This document shows positions 32,058-41,226 of a stretch of 64,000 bases of DNA, piece by piece. Source of the DNA: Syntrophales bacterium (GTDB lineage: Bacteria; Desulfobacterota; Syntrophia; Syntrophales; UBA6807); contig JAXGPA010000007.1 in the NCBI GenBank assembly GCA_040767195.1, forward strand, positions 32,001 to 96,000, in the 5' to 3' direction. Numbering within the stretch: position 1 is the first letter of the stretch; every line of letters starts with the position of its first letter. Both the position numbers and the translations under genes were made by a program. The notes beneath the pieces were generated by a model. That model was given only the letters and a program-made list of their open reading frames with translations, did no database searches and had not been told where the DNA came from.

Positions 32058-32675
32058 TCACGGGGCGCCCTTCGAGACGGACACCTTGGAAGGCCTCAAA
32101 AGGCGTCCGTTGAGGAGATACCCTTTTTCCAGTTCATCGACGACCCGTCCGCCTTCTCCTTCCGGCGTTTTCACCTCGTAGAGGGCTTCGTGAAAATTGG
32201 GGTCGAACGGTTCACCCTTCGCCTCGATGGGCTTCACCCCGTGATTTTCCAGGGCCTGAAGAAACTGTTTCTCCACGAGGCGGATGCCCTCGATGAAAGA
32301 GGGGAGATCTTCCGATGTCCCGGCATGCTCCAGGGCCCTTCCGATGCTATCCAGAACGGGAAGAAGGGCCTTGATGAGATTTTCGTTTCCGTACTGGAGA
32401 AGATCGGTCTTCTCCCGGGCCATTCTTTTCCTGTAATTTTCAAACTCCGCATAGGTGCGAAGGTATTTGTCGTAATGTTCCGCCGCTTCCTGTCTCAATT
32501 TTTCCACGTCATCCGGGGATGGTTCCACCGAGGCCTCGTGGACGGGTTCCTCCATGTCCGACTCTTCCGCGGTGTTCGGTTCCTTTTCCCGCAGTTCTTC
32601 CTGCTCCTCCCGATGCTTCATCCTTTCGGCTGTTCCTTTCCTTTGTTTCCGGTCCTGCCGCTTTTTCCGTTTCAT
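32058..32675 (-). CDS. grpE: Nucleotide exchange factor GrpE
   Basis: AEFENYRKR, FDPNFHEA, GYLLNGRLLRP; true start may be slightly downstream (MKHREE). Confidence 0.95.
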   Translation of the reverse strand: MKRKKRQDRKQRKGTAERMKHREEQEELREKEPNTAEESDMEEPVHEASVEPSPDDVEKLRQEAAEHYDKYLRTYAEFENYRKRMAREKTDLLQYGNENLIKALLPVLDSIGRALEHAGTSEDLPSFIEGIRLVEKQFLQALENHGVKPIEAKGEPFDPNFHEALYEVKTPEGEGGRVVDELEKGYLLNGRLLRPSKVSVSKGAP

Positions 32676-33256
32676 CCCAACTCAGGTTTCTGAAAAAGCC
32701 GGTAGTCCACCAGCTGGCAGATGACGTGGCCCGTGGTGATGTGCACTTCCTGGATCCTGGGAACGCTTTTCGATGGAACGGACAGGACATGATCGGCCAC
32801 CTTTCCAGCCTCTCCCCCGTCCTTGCCCGTGAAAGCGACGGTGACCAGGTTCATCTTTCGGGCCGTTTCGAGACCCCTGACGACATTGGGGGAGGACCCG
32901 CTCGTCGTGAGTCCCCAGGCGATGTCGTGCTCCCGTCCCAGGGCCCGGATCTGTTTCGCGAAAATGTCCGCGAAATCGTAGTCGTTTCCGATGCTCGTCA
33001 GAACGGAGCTGTCCGCGGCCAGGGAAAGGGCGGGAAGCGGGGGGCGTTCGATCATGAAACGGTTGACAAACTCCGCCGCGATGTGCTGGGCGTCGGCCGC
33101 GCTGCCGCCGTTTCCGAACAGGAGAATCTTGCGCCCTTCCTTGAGGGCCCTGATGACCGCCTCGGCGACGCGGACGATTTTCCCGCAGTTCTCCGAAACG
33201 AACAGCTCCTTGACGTGCGTGCTTTCGCGGAAAGCGCCGAGAACGATCTCTTCCAT
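32672..33256 (-). CDS. gmhA: Phosphoheptose isomerase
   Basis: GNGGSAADAQH, TSGSS, RIQEVH. Confidence 0.95.
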   Translation of the reverse strand: MEEIVLGAFRESTHVKELFVSENCGKIVRVAEAVIRALKEGRKILLFGNGGSAADAQHIAAEFVNRFMIERPPLPALSLAADSSVLTSIGNDYDFADIFAKQIRALGREHDIAWGLTTSGSSPNVVRGLETARKMNLVTVAFTGKDGGEAGKVADHVLSVPSKSVPRIQEVHITTGHVICQLVDYRLFQKPELG

Positions 33257-33322
33257 CTCCGCCTGAAAAATTCCTCCTCCTGTAAAGGGTCAGGGAAAAC
33301 AAACGATTCTTTAATGTTGACC

Positions 33323-33353
33323 ATAATATAAGAATCGCCTTGGGCGGTGTCAA
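33323..33353 (-). promoter_or_regulatory. Putative sigma70 promoter of gmhA-grpE-dnaK
   Basis: TTGACA-N17-TATATAAT on the minus strand. Confidence 0.55.
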
Positions 33354-33453
33354 GGAAGGGGGGGTAAAAAAATAGCGTCTGCAAAGGGGCGGGCGAACGA
33401 TGCACGGCCCTTTGCAGGCGCCCCGCCGGTGCCGCTTTCAGGGGAACGGTCCG

Positions 33454-34296
33454 TTACCGGCCTGCCCCGGTCCCGGGAAGCGTCCTTTCTGGAAGAAACG
33501 CCGTTTTACTGAAAAGAAAAGGGACTCTTTCGTGGATTTCCAGGCCCTCCAGGAACGGTCCCGGCGATTCCTTCCTGCCGATGACGAGATACCCCCCGGG
33601 GCGAATGGTCTGCAGGACCGTCCGAACGGCGGCCCCGATTTTTTCGGTTCGTCCGTAAGTGAGAAGACTGTTTCTCAGGAAGACGAGATGGTGCGGACCC
33701 GCCGGCGGGGGGTCACGGAGAAGGTCGTGGACCCGCCACGCGATACCCCCTTTCAGGCTTTCGTCGACGGTGGTCGTCATTCCGTCCCCAGTCGGATGAA
33801 AGAAGGAACGGCGCCATCGTTCGGGGATCGTCCGGATAACCCGTTCCGGAAAGCGTCCCTGGACAGCCTTTTCGAGGAGGGAGGGGTCGACATCTGTGGC
33901 AAGAATCGCCACGGCCGGGAAATCCCCGAATCGTCTTTTCAGGATCGTTCCGATGATGGCGATACTGTAAGCCTCCTGCCCCATGGCGCATCCAGCGGAC
34001 CAGACCCGGAGGGGTTCCCCGGAGCCCCTGAATTTTGGGAGGACCTCGTCTTCCAGGGTTTCCCAGAGATCCCAATCCCGGAAAAACCGGCTGACGGAAA
34101 CGGAAAGAAGCCTCTCAGCCTCCCTGGCCCGGCAGGGGTCTCCCGCCAGAAGATGGAGATACCCGCCCACGGAGGAACAGCCCAGGTCGGACATGTGCCG
34201 GGCGACCCGCCGCTTCACCCCTTTGCGCACCCGGCGGTACCCCCGCCAGGAGAGATGAAAGAAGTCGAGAACGGCCTTGAAATCCTCGTCCCGCAT
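33454..34296 (-). CDS. CheR-family protein-glutamate O-methyltransferase (orphan)
   Basis: SRFFRD, RVWSAGCAMGQEAYS, ATDVD, FLRN, PGGYLVIG. Confidence 0.85.
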   Translation of the reverse strand: MRDEDFKAVLDFFHLSWRGYRRVRKGVKRRVARHMSDLGCSSVGGYLHLLAGDPCRAREAERLLSVSVSRFFRDWDLWETLEDEVLPKFRGSGEPLRVWSAGCAMGQEAYSIAIIGTILKRRFGDFPAVAILATDVDPSLLEKAVQGRFPERVIRTIPERWRRSFFHPTGDGMTTTVDESLKGGIAWRVHDLLRDPPPAGPHHLVFLRNSLLTYGRTEKIGAAVRTVLQTIRPGGYLVIGRKESPGPFLEGLEIHERVPFLFSKTAFLPERTLPGTGAGR

Positions 34297-34416
34297 TTGT
34301 CATGACCCCGATATGCCCGGTTCTTTCAGCGGCCCGCCACGCCCCGGGGACGGGGGTGCCTGCAGGGGGTTCAGCCTGCTCTCAAGGCCCTGTTCCGCCG
34401 GGAATATCTTTACGGT

Positions 34417-34938
34417 TCAGGATACCCACCGGCTTCCGGAGAAGAAGAACTGGGCGATGAGGCCGGCGAGAGGGGGAAAGAAAAAGGTGCAGGCCAGCCG
34501 GACGAGGGTGAACTTCCATCCCAGGATGCCCACCTCCATGGGCAGCCGGGCGACGGCCCAGAGGGACCAGGCCGTGAGAAAGGCGACCATGGTGCCCACG
34601 CCGGCGCCCGCCTTGAGAAGCCCTGCCGCGATGGGGAGGTTGATGTAGGGTCCTCCCGGTGAAAGTCCACCGGCGACGGCACCGATGAGAATGCCCCGGA
34701 CACCCGACTCGGCGCCCACCCACCGGGCAAGCTGTTCTCCCGGCATGAGGGTCTGGACCATCCCCGCGACGATGAAGGCGAAAACGAGCAGGGGGAGGAT
34801 CTCCAGGGTCAGCTTCAGGGAGAATCGAAGCCCCGCCAGGTGTTCACCCGCGCCGCGGGTGTATCCGATCCACAGAAGGACGAGGGCGAGAACCCCCATG
34901 ACGATGGTGGGCCCGAGCATCTGACTGTTCCTCCTCAT
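34417..34938 (-). CDS. Predicted permease (half-size DUF318/ArsP-like)
   Basis: Hydrophobic, GGPY motif, GAGVG, PMEVGILG. Confidence 0.7.
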   Translation of the reverse strand: MRRNSQMLGPTIVMGVLALVLLWIGYTRGAGEHLAGLRFSLKLTLEILPLLVFAFIVAGMVQTLMPGEQLARWVGAESGVRGILIGAVAGGLSPGGPYINLPIAAGLLKAGAGVGTMVAFLTAWSLWAVARLPMEVGILGWKFTLVRLACTFFFPPLAGLIAQFFFSGSRWVS

Positions 34939-34956
34939 GATTTTTCACTCCAGGAG

Positions 34957-35122
34957 TGATGAACTCGTAAAAACTCGAAAAATGTTCCGTTACAGACGGC
35001 TTTGTAAAAAGATCCAGAGGCAAGGCGCCCAAGTCCCGAGGAATGAGACGTACTTATTGGTACGTCGCAATGACGAGGGATGAAGGGCAACGCAGCATAT
35101 GGATCTTTTTACGAAGTCGTCA
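34957..35122. repeat. Palindromic intergenic (REP/MITE-like) element
   Basis: 22-nt terminal inverted repeats (34995-35016 vs 35100-35121, 20/22 matching), internal GACGTAC/GTACGTC hairpin, extra related end at 34957. Confidence 0.75.
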
Positions 35123-35924
35123 GGAGCGACTTCCAGACCGTCCCTTCGAGAAAGCTCCCCGGGACGTGCTCTTCCATTTCCAGGAACATCCGGTAAGGGA
35201 CGGTGAACGTCAGCTTGTCCTTTCCCAGGAGCCTCCCCGTGTATTTCCTGGCGGAAATGTCCGTCATTCCCACCACGGCCCGGGGATTCGGGGAGCGGGC
35301 TTCGCGGTAGGGAATGATCCCCATGGTCTGGCATCCCGCGGCATAGGGAATGATGACGTTGTCCATGTCTTCCCGGCCGTAGTTGGCCAGGATGGTCAGG
35401 GCGGAAAGCTGGTCCGGGTTGACGAAAAAAACGATGACGACGGGCTCTTCCCCCGGGTCCGTTTCCGCGATCGGTTTCAGGACGACAAAGGAGGCGGGGA
35501 TGTCCGTCATGGGAAGTTTCTCGATGAAGGACCGGACCAGCTCCGGTGACCGGATGTACCGTTCCCCGTGAAGAAAGTCATCGATGAATTCTTTCCGGGT
35601 ATAGGGACCGAGGGCTTCGGCTATTTTTTCACCTTCCCCGCAGCCCGCGTTCCCCGTGGAAAGGAAACGGCAGAAACCCTCGAGCCCTCCTGGGAAATCG
35701 AGATACCGGTTCCCGAACCCCAGCCCGACCCCGCCGCCGAAGCAGCCGAAGGTTTCCCGGGAGAAACAGGCGGTCCGGCCTTTTGCCGCCGCCGCCGCCA
35801 TGGCCATGACGCATCCCCATTTCCCCGGTGCGAACTGAAGGGCGTTTTCCGGCCTCTCGTCCTTCCACAGGAGGGCAAGAGGCGAAAAATCCAGGCGAAG
35901 ACGTCCGGCGATCCTGCTTTCCAT
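35109..35924 (-). CDS. DUF169 family protein
   Basis: KWGCVM, GCFGG, NPDQLSAL, AAGCQ, DISARK motifs. Confidence 0.82.
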   Translation of the reverse strand: MESRIAGRLRLDFSPLALLWKDERPENALQFAPGKWGCVMAMAAAAAKGRTACFSRETFGCFGGGVGLGFGNRYLDFPGGLEGFCRFLSTGNAGCGEGEKIAEALGPYTRKEFIDDFLHGERYIRSPELVRSFIEKLPMTDIPASFVVLKPIAETDPGEEPVVIVFFVNPDQLSALTILANYGREDMDNVIIPYAAGCQTMGIIPYREARSPNPRAVVGMTDISARKYTGRLLGKDKLTFTVPYRMFLEMEEHVPGSFLEGTVWKSLLTTS

Positions 35925-36087
35925 GGTTGACCCCCTGCGATGCGTTTTCCCGATTCTACCCCGATGTCTCCCCCCGTTCAAGGGGTCGTTGAGAAGGGTC
36001 CGTTTTTCGGGCCGCCGGTTTTCTTCTTGACGGGAAAACAAAAGGGGTTTAGTTCATGGCCGTGAAAGAAAGAACCCGAGGAAGAAA

Positions 36088-38247
36088 ATGACTTCGTCCA
36101 ACCCGCTCAAAACCATCATGAGTCCCCGATCCATTGCCATTCTCGGGGCAAGCGGCAATATCGCCAACATGGGATCCATCCAGTGCGTCAATCTCATCGG
36201 GGGCGGCTATCCCGGGGAAATTCTACCCGTCCACCCCCGGGAAAAAACGGTCCTGGGCCGGAAGGCCTGGCCCTCCATCTCCGATCTGCCTTACCCGCCC
36301 GACCTGGCCGTTCTCGTCGTCCCGCCCCGGCTCGTCCCGGAGATGCTAACCGACTTCGGCCGCCTGGGAACCCGCCATGCCGTCATCATCAGCGGCGGGT
36401 TCAGGGAAACGGGAGAAGGGGGAAAAGACCTGGAGAAACGGATCACGGACATTGCCGGGGAATACGGCATGCGGTTCGTCGGCCCTAACTGCGTCGGGAT
36501 TCTCAACACGGAGCTGCCTCTCAACCTCACCGTTTTTCCCGCGCACGACCTGGACGGCAAGCTCGGCATGATTTCCCAGAGCGGAACCTACGTCACCCAG
36601 AACCTGGCCTGGCTCCACCGCCGGGGCATCGCCCTGAGCAAGGCGGTGAGCGTGGGGAACGAGGCGAACATCGACATCGTGGACTGCCTCGAGTTTCTCG
36701 GGGCCGACGAAAAGACGAGGGCCATCGGTCTTTACATCGAGGGAATCCGCCGGGCCTCCCGTTTTCTCGAGGTGGCCCGGGAGATCACGAAAACGAAGCC
36801 CGTCGTGGCCCAGTACGTGGGAGGGACGGAGGCGGGGGCCCGGTCGGGGTCGAGCCACACCGGGGCCATCGCCGGGCCGGACTTCGTTTACCAGGGTCTT
36901 TTCGACCAGGCGGGAATCATCGCCGTCGACTCGATCGAGGACGTTTTCCGGACGGGGTGGGCCCTGGCGTCCCAGCCCCCCCTGAAAGGGAAACGAATCG
37001 CCGTCCTGACCAATTCCGGCGGCCCCGGCACGGCGGCGTCGAACACCCTGAACAAGCTTGGTCTCGATGTTCCCGAGTTTTCCGAAAAAACGCAAAAAGC
37101 CATCGCGCCCTACATTCCCGGTCAGGCCAGCGCCCGGAACCCCGTCGATCTGACCTTTCACCTGGACATGTCCACCCTGGCCGAGACACTGCCCGGAATT
37201 GTTTTCGAGGAAGAGGACATCGACGGGGTCATCATCCACGGGATCATGGACTCCGGTTTCCTCGACGAGCTGTTCCCGGTGATCCGCAAGGTTCTCGCCC
37301 TGGGGGAGAACGACGTCCTGCCCATGCCGGAAACAGACCTGGAGCCCCTGGCGGCCATGCCCGGCCGTTACGGCAAACCCCTTCTCGTCAACTCCTTTTT
37401 CGGTAAAGAGGACCGGTGTGTCCGGATCTTTCACGAAAAGGGCATTCCCGTCTTCGACGCCCCGGAAAAAGCCGCCCGGGCCATGGGGGCTTTCCATCGC
37501 CATTACCGGATCCGGAACCGGAACCTGGGCCTGCCTGTCCGTGGTGACGCTCCTCCCCCTCGGGAAGCCCGGGACATCCTGGGCGCCGCGGCCCCGGGTC
37601 CCCTGGACGAGTACCGGGCCAAGCGGGTCCTGGCGGCTTATGGCATCCCCGTCGTCGCCGAGTTCCTGGCGGAAACCCTGCCGGAGGCCCTGGAGGCCGC
37701 GGGAAGGATCGGGTATCCTGTCGTCCTGAAGGGGTGTTCGTCCCATGTCCTCCACAAGACGGAAAAAGGCCTGGTGCGACTGAACATTCGAACGGACGAC
37801 GAACTTGCCCGGGCGTTCGATGGCATCCGGGAAAGGGAACCGGGCATTGCCCTTCTCGTGTCGGAAATGATCCGGGGAGACCGGGAATTCCTGGCCGGCG
37901 TGACCGGCGCTCCCGGGTTTCCGCCGTGCGTTCTTTTCGGTCTCGGGGGCGTTTACGCGGAGGCCCTGAAGGACCACCAGGTCCGATTGGCCCCGCTTTG
38001 CCCGGGGGACGCTTTCGAGATGATGGCGTCCCTTCGCTCCCGTGATCTCCTCGGGGCCTGCCGGGGCATGGACCCCGTCGACCGGGAGTCCCTGGCGTCC
38101 ATCCTGGTGTCCCTGGGGCGACTGGCCCTGGACTTTCCCATCATCTCCGAAATGGACCTGAACCCGATCATCATCGCCGAGGGAAAACCCCGGGTGGCGG
38201 ATGCCCTTTTCATACTGGGACAGGCGGGCCCTTCGCGGTGGGCTTGA
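36088..38247 (+). CDS. ADP-forming acetate/acyl-CoA ligase (fused alpha-beta)
   Basis: GPNCVG, SQSG, SHTGA phospho-His, NPVDLT, HKTEKG ATP-grasp, DLNP. Confidence 0.92.
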   Translation: MTSSNPLKTIMSPRSIAILGASGNIANMGSIQCVNLIGGGYPGEILPVHPREKTVLGRKAWPSISDLPYPPDLAVLVVPPRLVPEMLTDFGRLGTRHAVIISGGFRETGEGGKDLEKRITDIAGEYGMRFVGPNCVGILNTELPLNLTVFPAHDLDGKLGMISQSGTYVTQNLAWLHRRGIALSKAVSVGNEANIDIVDCLEFLGADEKTRAIGLYIEGIRRASRFLEVAREITKTKPVVAQYVGGTEAGARSGSSHTGAIAGPDFVYQGLFDQAGIIAVDSIEDVFRTGWALASQPPLKGKRIAVLTNSGGPGTAASNTLNKLGLDVPEFSEKTQKAIAPYIPGQASARNPVDLTFHLDMSTLAETLPGIVFEEEDIDGVIIHGIMDSGFLDELFPVIRKVLALGENDVLPMPETDLEPLAAMPGRYGKPLLVNSFFGKEDRCVRIFHEKGIPVFDAPEKAARAMGAFHRHYRIRNRNLGLPVRGDAPPPREARDILGAAAPGPLDEYRAKRVLAAYGIPVVAEFLAETLPEALEAAGRIGYPVVLKGCSSHVLHKTEKGLVRLNIRTDDELARAFDGIREREPGIALLVSEMIRGDREFLAGVTGAPGFPPCVLFGLGGVYAEALKDHQVRLAPLCPGDAFEMMASLRSRDLLGACRGMDPVDRESLASILVSLGRLALDFPIISEMDLNPIIIAEGKPRVADALFILGQAGPSRWA

Positions 38248-38420
38248 AAAGGGCGAAAAGGAAGACCCCTCCGGCGGTGGGCCCGAAGCCCCGCGAAACC
38301 CGGTGGTGCGAGAGGCACGGCTACGTCATCGACATCGACGCCTGCCGGTCGAGGGCTCGAAAGAACCCGCGCTGCCGCCGCTGTTACAGCCGGTGGCGGC
38401 AGATCCCGCTACCCCTTTAG
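38238..38420 (+). CDS. Small Cys/His-rich hypothetical protein
   Basis: 60-aa ORF overlapping the ligase stop; WCERH, C, CRRC; ends WRQIPLPL. Confidence 0.5.
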   Translation: MGLKRAKRKTPPAVGPKPRETRWCERHGYVIDIDACRSRARKNPRCRRCYSRWRQIPLPL

Positions 38421-38442
38421 GGAAGGTCTCCTGTCGGAATTT

Positions 38443-40119
38443 TCATGGTTTCGTCATTCGGGACCCGATCCAGGAAACGGCCGCCACGAGGGTCGTGGAA
38501 ATGAGGATCATGATGATTCCCAGGGCGGAAAGCCTTCCCCACAGGCCGTCTTCGGCGAACCGGAGGATCTGTACGGCGAGAACCTCCGTCCCCGGCCGGG
38601 AGAGAACGACGGACAGGCTCAGTTCCCGGACGAACATGGTGGCCATGAGGATCCAGCCCGAAACGATGCCGGGGATCAGAAGGGGGATGACAATCCGGCG
38701 CAGGGTGTAAAAGGTTCCGCCGCCGCACACCCGGGAAGACTCCTCCAGGTGGCTGTGGATCTGGATGAAGGCACTGGTCATCGGCCGGATGCCATAGGGG
38801 AGGTACGTGGCGATGTACCCGATGAGAAGGGCCCAGATCGTTGCGTAAAGGGGTGTCTGGACGAAAAACCACATGAACCCCACGCCGATGACGATCCCGG
38901 GAAAGGAGAAGGAGAGGAAGCTCAAGGTTTCGAGGATACCCGAGGCGGCCGTCCGGACCTTGACGATGGTGTAGGAAACGAAGACGGACAGGATCACCCC
39001 CAGGGTCGCGCCGGCGACGCCGAGAAAAAGGCTGTTTTTCAGCGAGAGAAGGGAAAGGGGGTCTTTCAGGACGGCTGTCCAGTGTCTCAGGCTCATCATG
39101 GCGAAGGCCTTCGCCCCGGGAACCATCACGTAGGGGACGAGGGAGGTGTAGAGAAGAACGAGGACGGGCAGAATGATGAGCAGAAAGGAGAGAGAGGCGA
39201 CGAAGCCGAAGAGGGGGTAACGGGCTTTTTTCAGGTTGATGACGGCGGGACGGAACCCCCGGCTTGAAATGGTGACGAATTTCTCACCCTCGGCGGTGAA
39301 GTGCCGGTAAACGTAGACGAGGACGATGGAGGTGGCGAGGGCGCTCATGCCCACCGCCGCCGCGAGGCCGTAGTCGGCGGCAAACCCCGTGGCGATGATG
39401 CGGTAGATGTGGGTGGCCAGGACATAGATCCGACCGGGCATGCCGATGATCGAGGGGACGGCGAAAGAGGCGAGGCTCCGGACGATGACCAGGGTCAGGG
39501 CCGCCAGGATGGCGGGGCGGAGAATCGGAAGGGTGACCCGGGCCAGGGTCCTGACATTCGAGGCCCCGCAGACGCGGGAGGACTCCTCCAGGGAGACGTC
39601 GAAGGCCGCCATGGCGGGAGCGATGACCAGGTAGGCGATGGGCAGGTCGAGAAGCCCTTCCACCAGGATCATGCCCGACAGGGTGTAGATGTTCAGAAGA
39701 GATTTTTCCAGACCGAAAATCCCGTTCAGAAACAGGTTGATCAGGCCGTTTGTCGGGTTCAGGAGCAGAACCCAGCTCACGGCGAAGAGGATGTGGGGGA
39801 TCATCATGGGGGTGATGGAGATGATCCGGAAAAGGAATTTGAAGGGGATGTCGGTCCGCGTGTTCAGATAGGACAGAAGAAGGGCGAGGACGGTGGCGAC
39901 GACGGCGGAGCCCAGGGTGAAAAGGGCCGTGTTGACCAGGATGTCGGCGAAAGCGGGGTCCGTGTAGGCCTGGACGTACTTTTCCGCGGTGAAGACGCCG
40001 AAGGCCCCGAGCCCCCTGGAAAAGCTCCCGAAGAGTAGCATGACGACGGGACAGACGGTGAGAAACCCGACGACAGTGATGAGGAAGGGTGTCATTGCCG
40101 CTTTCCTCGGTCCCACCAC
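38443..40119 (-). CDS. Fe3+-type ABC transporter permease (FbpB-like, duplicated)
   Basis: Two LEESSRVCG EAA loops, about 12 TM. Confidence 0.9.
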   Translation of the reverse strand: MVGPRKAAMTPFLITVVGFLTVCPVVMLLFGSFSRGLGAFGVFTAEKYVQAYTDPAFADILVNTALFTLGSAVVATVLALLLSYLNTRTDIPFKFLFRIISITPMMIPHILFAVSWVLLLNPTNGLINLFLNGIFGLEKSLLNIYTLSGMILVEGLLDLPIAYLVIAPAMAAFDVSLEESSRVCGASNVRTLARVTLPILRPAILAALTLVIVRSLASFAVPSIIGMPGRIYVLATHIYRIIATGFAADYGLAAAVGMSALATSIVLVYVYRHFTAEGEKFVTISSRGFRPAVINLKKARYPLFGFVASLSFLLIILPVLVLLYTSLVPYVMVPGAKAFAMMSLRHWTAVLKDPLSLLSLKNSLFLGVAGATLGVILSVFVSYTIVKVRTAASGILETLSFLSFSFPGIVIGVGFMWFFVQTPLYATIWALLIGYIATYLPYGIRPMTSAFIQIHSHLEESSRVCGGGTFYTLRRIVIPLLIPGIVSGWILMATMFVRELSLSVVLSRPGTEVLAVQILRFAEDGLWGRLSALGIIMILISTTLVAAVSWIGSRMTKP

Positions 40120-40136
40120 GTTTCCTTCCTTTTCGA

Positions 40137-41225
40137 CTATGCGGACAGTACCGAACAGTGGCCCGGTTCGAATTGTATCGTCACGGGGTCGCCCTCCCGG
40201 AGGCCCGCGGTGGGGTCGAGGCGGGCGACGAAAAGAACGTTCCCGACCCGGATTTCCCCTTCACAGGCCTCTCCGATGAAAAGAAGGGATTCCAGCCGTC
40301 CCCTGTAGAGGTTAACGCCATCGGGGGTCTCCGGCGCCTTCAAATCGATGAATTCAGGCCGGATGCAGACGGACACGGGGTTTCCCGCCCTGATGCCCTC
40401 TCTGGTCCGGCAGACGACGGTTCCGATGGCCGTGTCGACAAGGGTCCGGGGTCCTTCAAGGGCGGCGACGGTGCCCTCGATCAGGTTGGCCCGGCCGATG
40501 AAGTCGGCGACGAACCGCCGGCCGGATTTGAAATAAATATCCCTGGGTGTCCCGATTTCAATGATCCGGCCCTCTTTCATGACGGCGACCTGGTCGGACA
40601 GGGACAGGGCCTCGATCCGGTCGTGGGTCACATAAATGGCGGTGATCTTCAATTCCGTGAGAAAGCTCCGGAGTTCCTTCCGGGTTTCCTCCCGCAGCTT
40701 GGCGTCGAGGTTGCTCAAGGGTTCGTCGAAGAGGATGACGGCGGGTTCGGCGATGAGGGCCCGGGCCAGGGCCACCCGCTGCTGCTGCCCGCCGCTCAGT
40801 TTCGTCGCCGGCCGGGTTTCAAAGCCCCCCAGCTGGACGAACCGGAGAACTTTTTCCACCCGGGCCCGGATTTCATCCCGGGGCACCTTCCGGGTTTCCA
40901 GGGGGTAGGCCACATTGTCGAAGACGGTCATGTGGGGCCAGATGGCGTAAGTCTGGAACACCATCCCCAAACCCCGCTTTTCCGTCGGTACGAAGATGTT
41001 TTTCTCCCGGGACCAGACGATCTCGTCACCGATGGATATCTCCCCCCGGTCGGGCGTTTCGAGGCCCACGATGCACCGGAGAAGGGTCGTCTTGCCACAG
41101 CCGCTCGGCCCGAGAAGGGTGAAGATCCGGTTTGCCGGGATGTTGAGGTTCACATCCGCCAGGGCCGTGATCGTCCGGCCCTCGGTGTGAAAATCCTTGC
41201 TGACACCCCGGACTCGGATTTCCAC
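40137..41225 (-). CDS. ABC transporter ATP-binding protein (FbpC/PotA-like)
   Basis: [28 protein letters not shown]-like C-terminus; GTG start. Confidence 0.92.
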   Translation of the reverse strand: MEIRVRGVSKDFHTEGRTITALADVNLNIPANRIFTLLGPSGCGKTTLLRCIVGLETPDRGEISIGDEIVWSREKNIFVPTEKRGLGMVFQTYAIWPHMTVFDNVAYPLETRKVPRDEIRARVEKVLRFVQLGGFETRPATKLSGGQQQRVALARALIAEPAVILFDEPLSNLDAKLREETRKELRSFLTELKITAIYVTHDRIEALSLSDQVAVMKEGRIIEIGTPRDIYFKSGRRFVADFIGRANLIEGTVAALEGPRTLVDTAIGTVVCRTREGIRAGNPVSVCIRPEFIDLKAPETPDGVNLYRGRLESLLFIGEACEGEIRVGNVLFVARLDPTAGLREGDPVTIQFEPGHCSVLSA

Positions 41226-41226
41226 C

